Below are positions 7,283 through 13,559 of a stretch of 24,000 nucleotides of DNA, one piece after another. Origin of the DNA: Clostridiales bacterium UBA6114 (lineage in GTDB: Bacteria > Bacillota > Clostridia > Oscillospirales > Butyricicoccaceae); contig DIWE01000009.1 in assembly GCA_002423435.1 (NCBI GenBank), positions 133,161 through 157,160 on the forward strand. The letters run 5' to 3'. The notes below the pieces were generated by a model that worked only from the letters and a program-made list of their open reading frames with translations, searched no databases and was not told where the DNA came from. Each line of letters opens with the position of its first letter. Position 1 is the stretch's first letter. The position numbers and the translations under genes are program-made.

Positions 7283-7783
7283 ATGAGTTATTATTTTGAC
7301 CCCTTTGCGGCGCAGAGCAATTCATGCTGCCATAGAAGGCGGGATGATAGGGCTGTGCAGTTAAACGCCTCGACCGGAGGCGCCGGACCGCTTCCGATTA
7401 TCACCACGCTGCTTGCCGCCCCGATCCCCGTCGTGGACGTGACGATTGATACAAAAGGCATGAGAAATCCGGCCGTGCTACTGAACTTTACAAGCATCAT
7501 CAGCCTGCCGGTCGGTATTTCCGTCACTTTGAACTTTGAGCTTAAAAGGAGCTTAGACGGCGGCCCGCCCGTAAGCGTCGGCTCGACCTATACTTTCTCG
7601 ACGCTGGTAACGGTGCTCGAAGCGGAATCTTTCGGCTTCCAGTTCTTTGACAACAACCTCGCGCCGGGCTTATACACGTATTCCGTACAGCTTTCCACAA
7701 ATTCCATCATCGATATCACCCCAGGGGTCACAGTGACAAACGCAACGCTGAGCGCCCTGGCCGTTGACAACGGTATCGTATAA
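7283..7783 (+). CDS. Small beta-rich protein of unknown function with an N-terminal CC motif (possibly DUF4489-like)
   Basis: The ORF track starts at the GTG at 7274. I prefer the ATG at 7283, which has AAGGTGAG 4-5 nt upstream. There is no signal peptide. The N-terminus reads MSYYFDPFAAQSNSCCHRRRDD, followed by alternating hydrophobic/polar beta-strand patterns (VLLNFTSIISLPVGISVTLNFELK, TYTFSTLVTV, FGFQFFD, GLYTYSVQL, VTVTNATLSALAV). The family assignment is from memory only. Confidence 0.6.
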   Translation: MSYYFDPFAAQSNSCCHRRRDDRAVQLNASTGGAGPLPIITTLLAAPIPVVDVTIDTKGMRNPAVLLNFTSIISLPVGISVTLNFELKRSLDGGPPVSVGSTYTFSTLVTVLEAESFGFQFFDNNLAPGLYTYSVQLSTNSIIDITPGVTVTNATLSALAVDNGIV

Positions 7784-7834
7784 CATCCGCGTCTTTTGCA
7801 GTCAGCAAGTCAATACGGTTCCGTCCGGACCGGC

Positions 7835-7870
7835 AAACCCGTCGAATAACCCTCCGGTTATTCGGGGTTT
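7835..7870 (+). terminator. Probable intrinsic terminator of the 7283-7783 gene
   Basis: aaacccgtcgaataacc ... ggttattcggggttt forms a stem with one bulge, followed by TTTG. Confidence 0.55.
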
Positions 7871-8137
7871 GTACATACGTTCTCCGTATAACCGTAATGT
7901 AAAAGTCTCCCCGAAAGACCGTTATCTCCCACCGTCCTGCCTGCCTTCGAAAAGGACAGGCATAAAACTGTCGGGCCGGATGCAGGCCGATATCTACTCT
8001 GCTGCGTTTACCTGAAGACAAAAAAAGTCGAGCCGAAGCCCAACTCTTTTGAAAAACATGCAAATTACTTTATACGTAATGGCGATATTATCCAGAATTA
8101 AACAATTTATTTATTTTTCATTATTTGCCAGCACTAC

Positions 8138-8166
8138 TTGTATTTGTCTAATAATTAAATTATAAT
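8138..8166 (+). promoter_or_regulatory. Candidate sigma-A promoter of the agr-type operon (TTGTAT-17 nt-TATAAT)
   Basis: The -35 is at 8138-8143 and a perfect TATAAT is at 8161-8166, inside a very AT-rich stretch. The -10 lies about 30 nt upstream of the ATG at 8198. Confidence 0.45.
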
Positions 8167-8197
8167 TACTTATAAATCATAAAATAGGAGATATTCT

Positions 8198-8764
8198 ATG
8201 ATTGAAACAGTATTAGCCGCTTTAATTGCGGCCAAAATCAGGCATTACAAGTTAAAATATCTGTTTATGTCATGGACGTTTTATCCGATTATTGCTTTGG
8301 AAATCATCCTTTTCTTTTTTCAGACGAATACCTTTCTCAGCAATTATTTTTATGTGATTCATTTCGACCGGTACTTTAAAACCATATACATACTGGCTTA
8401 TCTGGTTCCTATATTATATTTTAAGTTGTACAAGCAGTCGCTGATCGGCTCGGCCTCCGTATTAGTCGGTACTTTGCTGAATCGGTTTGTTATGGCACAA
8501 AACGGCGGCAAAATGCCGGTTTTTCCGACTCTCTCCTATCTGACCGGTTATCTGAAACCCTATACCTTCGATCAGGTGAACGACTACCACGTTTTCGGGG
8601 ACGCTTCGTCCCGTTTCAAGATTCTGTGCGATTACATAGACGTCGGTTATAATGTAATGAGTCCGGGGGATCTTTTTATCCATTTCTTTGTATTTATCAT
8701 TATCTATAGTGCAATTAAAGAGCTGAACTTAAAACACAAAGAGGAATTCGTAAAGGCAGGATGA
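8198..8764 (+). CDS. Polytopic membrane protein, 188 aa, first gene of the agr-type operon (possibly DUF5317-like)
   Basis: AGGAG lies 7 nt upstream of the ATG. Several hydrophobic helices are visible. The motif LLNRFVMAQNGGKMPVF resembles, from memory, the N-G-G-x-M-P-V signature of DUF5317 membrane proteins. The stop overlaps the next start (ATGA at 8761-8764). Confidence 0.7.
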   Translation: MIETVLAALIAAKIRHYKLKYLFMSWTFYPIIALEIILFFFQTNTFLSNYFYVIHFDRYFKTIYILAYLVPILYFKLYKQSLIGSASVLVGTLLNRFVMAQNGGKMPVFPTLSYLTGYLKPYTFDQVNDYHVFGDASSRFKILCDYIDVGYNVMSPGDLFIHFFVFIIIYSAIKELNLKHKEEFVKAG

Positions 8765-9267
8765 CGTTTATGCGGCTTTCATGGATCGAGTTATTGATCA
8801 AGGGAATACCCGAAGGTTTTTTGGACATCCTTGCCATGTACATATTAACAAAAGCGAAATTCAATAAAAAGAAGTATTTAAGCATCAGCTTGATCTTTAT
8901 TGTTTTAACTTATTTCGTCCGCATGCTTCCGATCAATTACGGAGTAAACGCGATGATATCCATACTGGTCTTTATGCTTCTTTTTGTCCTGTTCTGCGAC
9001 GTGGAATTCCCGTTGGCCATCAAGTCGGCGATTACTGTAATGATATTCCTGTTTGTGAGCGAGGGCTTCAACGCCCTTCTGCTCATAGCCTTATACGGCC
9101 GGGACCAGACACAAGCCCTGTTTGATTCGCCTTTGGCCAAAAGTATTTACGGGATTCCGTCCACTCTGTTTTTTGCCTTGTTCATTTTAATAACCTATCT
9201 GGTTTTATCCAGATTAAATAAAATCAGGAAGGATACCGATGGAGAAGCTGGCAAAGAAAATCGCTGA
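8761..9267 (+). CDS. Polytopic membrane protein, 168 aa, unknown function
   Basis: The protein has 4-5 predicted TM helices (ILAMYILT, ISLIFIVLTYFV, MISILVFMLLFVLF, ITVMIFLFVSEGFNALLLIALYG, IPSTLFFALFILITYLVL). The start ATG is at 8761 (alternative 8770). Its 3' end overlaps agrB by 29 nt. Confidence 0.7.
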   Translation: MTFMRLSWIELLIKGIPEGFLDILAMYILTKAKFNKKKYLSISLIFIVLTYFVRMLPINYGVNAMISILVFMLLFVLFCDVEFPLAIKSAITVMIFLFVSEGFNALLLIALYGRDQTQALFDSPLAKSIYGIPSTLFFALFILITYLVLSRLNKIRKDTDGEAGKENR

Positions 9268-9901
9268 CAGGCTGTCAGCGGAGCTTAACCTTGACGACGA
9301 GAAAAAGGAAGTCGTCGCTTACGGCATGGCTGCGCTTTTTCAGACGTTTTCAACCCTTTTGTTCGTCTTTCTTCTGGGACTTATTGCCGGTATTCCCGTT
9401 GAGGCACTGATTATCTGTCTTTGTGTCAGCCTCCTCCGAAAATACAGCGGAGGCGCCCATTTGAGCTCAATGGGATTATGCACGTTTTGCGGGGTGCTCT
9501 ACAGCGTAACGGCTGCCGCCGTCGGCAGATATCTCTTGTCCCCCCTTCTTACCGTCCGTTCAATGTCTGTGATACTGGCTGTTACATTTGCGGTATCTTT
9601 TTTTATCATCTATAAATTTGCCCCTGTCGCAAATCCGAAAAAGCCGATTAAAACTGAAAGAAAAATCCGGCGGATGAGGCGCGGCTCGTTCACCGTACTG
9701 TTTTCCTACCTTGCGGTTTCGCTTCTATTTCTTTTTTTTGGACAGGCATATCCGCCTTTTCTCGGTTATGGGATCAGTCTTGTGTTTGGAACCATATGGC
9801 AGATTATGACTTTGACAACCTTTGGCGCGCAACTCTTTCACATATTGGACCAGGTTGGCAACAAGATTTGTGACAATGGAATGGAGGTGAAGAAAAGATG
9901 A
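9239..9901 (+). CDS. agrB: AgrB-family membrane peptidase (AgrD-processing enzyme)
   Basis: The sequence LRKYSGGAHLSSMGLC contains a His and a Cys 7 residues later, the same spacing as the catalytic H77/C84 of S. aureus AgrB (..GAHAPSSFWC..). A basic stretch APVANPKKPIKTERKIRRMRR matches the AgrB APxxxxKKPI...K/R-rich loop. AGGAAGGA lies 5 nt upstream of the ATG. Confidence 0.9.
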   Translation: MEKLAKKIADRLSAELNLDDEKKEVVAYGMAALFQTFSTLLFVFLLGLIAGIPVEALIICLCVSLLRKYSGGAHLSSMGLCTFCGVLYSVTAAAVGRYLLSPLLTVRSMSVILAVTFAVSFFIIYKFAPVANPKKPIKTERKIRRMRRGSFTVLFSYLAVSLLFLFFGQAYPPFLGYGISLVFGTIWQIMTLTTFGAQLFHILDQVGNKICDNGMEVKKR

Positions 9902-10023
9902 AAAAACAGCTTTTGGCGTTGGCAGCATCCTTCGCTGCACTGTTCGCTTCAATGGTGGCGACTTCCGCGTGTTGCTTCTTTGCATATCAGCCGGAAGAGC
10001 CAAAGTGCCTGAGAGACGAATAA
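9898..10023 (+). CDS. agrD: AgrD-type autoinducing-peptide precursor, 41 aa (not in the ORF track)
   Basis: Hand translation gives MKKQLLALAASFAALFASMVATSACCFFAYQPEEPKCLRDE*. The ATG at 9898 overlaps the agrB stop (ATGA). The peptide has an amphipathic leader, a Cys-containing core and an acidic P-E-E-P-K-x-L tail. The tail is nearly identical to the C. perfringens AgrD tail as I remember it (..TSACLWFTHQPEEPKSLRDE). Confidence 0.85.
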   Translation: MKKQLLALAASFAALFASMVATSACCFFAYQPEEPKCLRDE

Positions 10024-10068
10024 TTTCAAATAATCAGGAGGAAGATTTCCTCCTGATTATTTGAAATT
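10022..10068 (+). terminator. Perfect 21-bp inverted repeat immediately after agrD (probable terminator or attenuator)
   Basis: aatttcaaataatcaggagga (10022-10042) is the exact reverse complement of tcctcctgattatttgaaatt (10048-10068), with a 5-nt loop. A U-rich tail attactttgcttttt follows. Confidence 0.65.
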
Positions 10069-10094
10069 ATTACTTTGCTTTTTGGGGGAATACG

Positions 10095-11762
10095 ATGTTT
10101 GATCAAAATAAAAACATCAACTCAAAAATTCAGCAAATTACGAATGCCGTTAAGATATTTTCCCTGCTTTTTTCCGGAATAGCGTGTTCACAATATTACT
10201 TTAATAATCAAAATTTGTATCAATTTCTTTCTTATAATTTTTTTCAGTATTTCGCAATCATCATTATTTGCTTTACCATATACCTTTGCATGGATCTTCT
10301 CGACAAAATAGCAAAAAAAAACGTCTATTTCGTCAAATGGGTTCATGCCGGAGTATTGCTTGCAGTCACTTTCTTATCCGTTATGCTGACCGGCGGCTAT
10401 GAAAGCAACTACAAATTCCTTTTTTTATTTGTGGTCATCTCGGCAAGCATGGAATTAGGCATGGGCGCGGGGCTTATCATTTCCGGATTTTCTTCCCTGA
10501 TTGTTCTCGGAGTGGATCTTATATATGCCCCGTCGAATCTCATAAACACCTGTTTTCAGAGCGATATCGTCCTTGCCTCCGCTTTTTTGATCATCGCGTT
10601 AACCCTCGGGTTTTACGTAATAACGGAAAACGAACATATTGATTATCTGAAAAATCTGGCAAACATCGACGGCCTCACCGGTCTATACAACCATCGATAT
10701 TTTTATGAGCGCCTGAACATATTGACGCAGGAATGCAAAAAAAACGGCTCGTTTCTTTCCCTGCTTTTCATTGACATCGATTATTTTAAATATTTTAACG
10801 ATGTCAACGGCCATCAAAAAGGCGACGACGCCTTAATCGTCCTGGCGGACATGTTCAGGAGCCTTGTACGTGAAAATGACGTTGCCGCGCGGTACGGAGG
10901 GGAAGAATTCGCAGTCATCCTGCCGGATACTCCGGAAGAACAAGCCCTTGAAATCGCCGAGAACTTAAGGCGGGCCGTACAGGAGCACGTATTTTCCGGC
11001 CAGGAATACCTGCCGAACCGGAATCTGACGATCTCCGTCGGAGTTTCCGTCTTTCCGACAAAGGCAAAGACGGAGGACGAAATCATCCGCTATGCCGACG
11101 AAGCGCTATACCGGGCGAAAAGCTTCCGGAAAAACAGGGTGGAATCCTATTCCTCGATTCTTGACGATCTCAAAAACGACGTCGACGGAAACGACAAGGA
11201 AATTGTCGCTTCCATCAAGACCCTGATCGCCGTTATCAACGCGAAAGATAAATATACCTTCCGCCACGTCGAACGGGTTGTGACATTTTGCAGCCTGATG
11301 GCGGATGTGTTGAAGCTCGGCGACGCCTCAAGGAAAAATTTTATTTACAGCGCTTATATGCATGATATCGGGAAGATCAATATTCCCGAAGAGATTTTAA
11401 TGAAAACCACTCCGCTTACTCCCGGCGAATGGGAAATACTGAAAAAGCACCCTGAAAACGCGGCGGAAATGGTAAAAAACGTGATGCTACTGAAGGATGT
11501 TGTCCCCATCATTCTGCAGCATCACGAGAGGTATGACGGAACCGGATACCCGAACCGCTTAAAGGGGGAGGAAATTACATATCTCGCAAGAGTATTGAAC
11601 GTAGTCGACAGCTTCGACGCCATGACCTCCTTCCGTCCGTATCAAAAGAGAAAATCCTACTCGGAGGCATTCGACGAGCTGATCCGGTGCAGCGGCACAC
11701 AGTTTGATCCCGAAATCGTAAAGGTATTTATTGCGACGATTAAGGACGACACCTTCCAATAA
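10095..11762 (+). CDS. Membrane-bound bifunctional c-di-GMP enzyme: N-terminal 5-6 TM module + GGDEF diguanylate cyclase + HD-GYP phosphodiesterase
   Basis: The first ~175 aa are hydrophobic helices. GGDEF-domain markers are DGLTGLYNHRYF, the RxxD I-site plus active site in RENDVAARYGGEEF, and RYADEALYRAK. HD-GYP markers are FRHVERV, YMHDIGK and HHERYDGTGYP. Confidence 0.9.
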   Translation: MFDQNKNINSKIQQITNAVKIFSLLFSGIACSQYYFNNQNLYQFLSYNFFQYFAIIIICFTIYLCMDLLDKIAKKNVYFVKWVHAGVLLAVTFLSVMLTGGYESNYKFLFLFVVISASMELGMGAGLIISGFSSLIVLGVDLIYAPSNLINTCFQSDIVLASAFLIIALTLGFYVITENEHIDYLKNLANIDGLTGLYNHRYFYERLNILTQECKKNGSFLSLLFIDIDYFKYFNDVNGHQKGDDALIVLADMFRSLVRENDVAARYGGEEFAVILPDTPEEQALEIAENLRRAVQEHVFSGQEYLPNRNLTISVGVSVFPTKAKTEDEIIRYADEALYRAKSFRKNRVESYSSILDDLKNDVDGNDKEIVASIKTLIAVINAKDKYTFRHVERVVTFCSLMADVLKLGDASRKNFIYSAYMHDIGKINIPEEILMKTTPLTPGEWEILKKHPENAAEMVKNVMLLKDVVPIILQHHERYDGTGYPNRLKGEEITYLARVLNVVDSFDAMTSFRPYQKRKSYSEAFDELIRCSGTQFDPEIVKVFIATIKDDTFQ

Positions 11763-11801
11763 TCTGTGTTTTGCCATAACCCGTCGGTATATCCGCTTTT
11801 T

Positions 11802-11841
11802 GATCAGCCGCGACGTTAACCGCCGCGGCTGATCTTTTTTT
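11802..11841 (+). terminator. Intrinsic terminator after the GGDEF/HD-GYP gene
   Basis: gatcagccgcg (11802-11812) pairs with cgcggctgatc (11824-11834), followed by TTTTTTT. Confidence 0.8.
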
Positions 11842-11845
11842 GTTC

Positions 11846-12607
11846 TCAGCGCATATAAGCGCCGCCGTTTACGTCGATTGTCGCGCCGGTTATAAAATTT
11901 GCCTCCTCGCTTGCAAGGAATACCGCCGCATATCCGATATCCTCAAGTGTGCCGATGCGATGCATGGGAGTCCGCTCGAGGGTGATATCCATCCGCTTCG
12001 GGTCGGCCAGAAGGATGCCCGCCAGCTGCTCGGTCATATGTACCCCGGGCGCGATTGAATTGACGGTGATGCCGTCGAGGGCTACGGATCGGGCAAGCGT
12101 TTTCGTAAAAGCCAGCTGCGCGCCCTTGGTCGAGGCGTAATGCACCTGCCCGAACAGCGCGCCCTGCTCGGCGACGAGCGAGGAAATCTGTATGATTCTC
12201 CCCCATTTTTGCCTGCGCATCATCGGGAGAGCATATTTCGAGCAAAGAAAACAGCCGGTGATGTTCGTTTTAAGCACGCGCTCCCACTCGGCAAGATCGA
12301 TCGTATCGATATCCAGATTGCTGTTGATGCCCGCGTTGTTCACCAGGATGTCCAGCCTGCCGAACGCGGCTTCAATGGCCTCGAACAGCCGGATAACATC
12401 CGCCTCGTTCCCGACATCGCCCTGCGCGACGACGGCACGGCGGCCCATGGCGCGAATTTCCTCAGCCACCCTTTCGGCTTCCTCTTTGGACTTTACGTAA
12501 CTTACCATGATATCGGCGCCGGCCTCCGCGAGGCATTTTGCAATTCCCATGCCAAGCCCGCGCGACGCGCCGGTGACAAATGCGGTTTTCCCGGTTAAAT
12601 TGAACAT
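11846..12607 (-). CDS. SDR-family oxidoreductase (FabG / sugar dehydrogenase-like)
   Basis: The protein carries TGASRGLG (Rossmann TGxxxGxG), NNAG, and the catalytic S...YASTK motif. AGGAGGAG lies upstream of the ATG at 12607. Confidence 0.85.
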   Translation of the reverse strand: MFNLTGKTAFVTGASRGLGMGIAKCLAEAGADIMVSYVKSKEEAERVAEEIRAMGRRAVVAQGDVGNEADVIRLFEAIEAAFGRLDILVNNAGINSNLDIDTIDLAEWERVLKTNITGCFLCSKYALPMMRRQKWGRIIQISSLVAEQGALFGQVHYASTKGAQLAFTKTLARSVALDGITVNSIAPGVHMTEQLAGILLADPKRMDITLERTPMHRIGTLEDIGYAAVFLASEEANFITGATIDVNGGAYMR

Positions 12608-12649
12608 GCAGACTCCTCCTTTATCAAGTATGCTTTGTTGATCATCACG

Positions 12650-12678
12650 AATATATCATACAGAATATCACATGTCAA
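12650..12678 (-). promoter_or_regulatory. Candidate promoter of the divergent SDR gene (TTGACA-17 nt-TATATT)
   Basis: The minus strand reads TTGACA (plus 12673-12678) and TATATT (plus 12650-12655). The AGAATATCA box (12662-12670) sits inside the spacer. Confidence 0.5.
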
Positions 12679-12692
12679 ATATTGAATATCTA

Positions 12693-12722
12693 TTGACAAA
12701 CCATCGCGCAGGATACTATAAT
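12693..12722 (+). promoter_or_regulatory. Candidate promoter of the GntR gene (TTGACA-18 nt-TATAAT)
   Basis: Consensus hexamers lie at 12693-12698 and 12717-12722. Confidence 0.55.
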
Positions 12723-12787
12723 GAAAATTACCAGGCGTAAACATTTTTAAAATTGTGGACATTAAATTATAGAGATCGGGGTTTTAT

Positions 12788-13453
12788 ATGAGCGGCGACA
12801 TCATTGTTGACAATACAATAGCTTCTCAGGTCGTCCGCGTATTGCGCAATGATATTATCACAAAGCGCATTAAAGCGGGAAGCAGAATCACGATCAAGGA
12901 GATCTCGGAGCGTTACGGCGTGAGCAATATGCCCGTGCGCGAGGCCTTCCGCACTCTCGAGGGCGAAAAGCTCCTGGAAATGAATCCTTACAAGGGCGCG
13001 ACCGTGCTCAATATCGACGTGAACTTCATCAGGGACACCTACGGCATTATCCGGGCGCTGGAGTCTCTGATCACCGAAGAGGCCATGGACGATATCGACG
13101 ACGCGGCCGTCGCGCACCTTCATGAAATCAATCAGTCCATTGCAGCTCTCAAACGCGAGGAGATCGCGGAGGGCAAGTATAATGAACTCAATTCGGAGTT
13201 CCATAACATCATCTTTGCCTTCGGGAAAAACGCAAAAGCCCTTGACATCCTTCGTTACCAGAATTCGCTGATCCTGGCTCTGCGTAGCGTATATGTACAG
13301 CACAGCGAACGGATTAAGCTCGCCACCAGCCAGCATGCGAAGATCGCATCCGCGCTTTCTCAAAAAGACCGGGTTCTTTTAAGGGTTGCGGTTGACGAGC
13401 ATACGATATCCGCGATGGAGGATTTCCTGCAGCAATTCAAAGAAGAAAATTAG
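12788..13453 (+). CDS. GntR-family transcriptional regulator, FadR/FCD-type
   Basis: The N-terminal winged HTH reads RITIKEISERYGVSNMPVREAFRTLEGEKLLEMNPYKGATV. It is followed by an all-helical C-terminal domain of FCD length. Confidence 0.85.
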   Translation: MSGDIIVDNTIASQVVRVLRNDIITKRIKAGSRITIKEISERYGVSNMPVREAFRTLEGEKLLEMNPYKGATVLNIDVNFIRDTYGIIRALESLITEEAMDDIDDAAVAHLHEINQSIAALKREEIAEGKYNELNSEFHNIIFAFGKNAKALDILRYQNSLILALRSVYVQHSERIKLATSQHAKIASALSQKDRVLLRVAVDEHTISAMEDFLQQFKEEN

Positions 13454-13559
13454 CCTTCACCCTGCAAAGAAAACATATGGTGTAGATAGAATATGCGCAA
13501 TATAGAATATCAAATATATAATATTAAATATATTAAAATATTAAAGGGGGGGAAAATAA

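Noticed and set aside
7728-8063. A 111-aa minus-strand ORF and the 83-aa plus-strand ORF 7764..8015, in the region downstream of the 7283 gene.
   Set aside because: The Arg-rich translations overlap the terminator hairpin and the 3' end of the 7283-7783 gene. I found no RBS. The region is better explained as a structured intergenic spacer.
9421-9615. A 64-aa alternative-frame ORF inside agrB, plus the small minus-strand ORFs 8462..8683, 8937..9140 and 9725..10003.
   Set aside because: All are embedded in or antisense to confidently called membrane-protein genes. They have no RBS and their translations have arbitrary composition.
8060-11840. Calling the AT-rich block a mobile genetic element.
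   Set aside because: There is no integrase, transposase, tRNA attachment site or flanking direct or inverted repeats in the window. Only the compositional evidence remains, so I report it as a compositional observation rather than annotate a mobile element.
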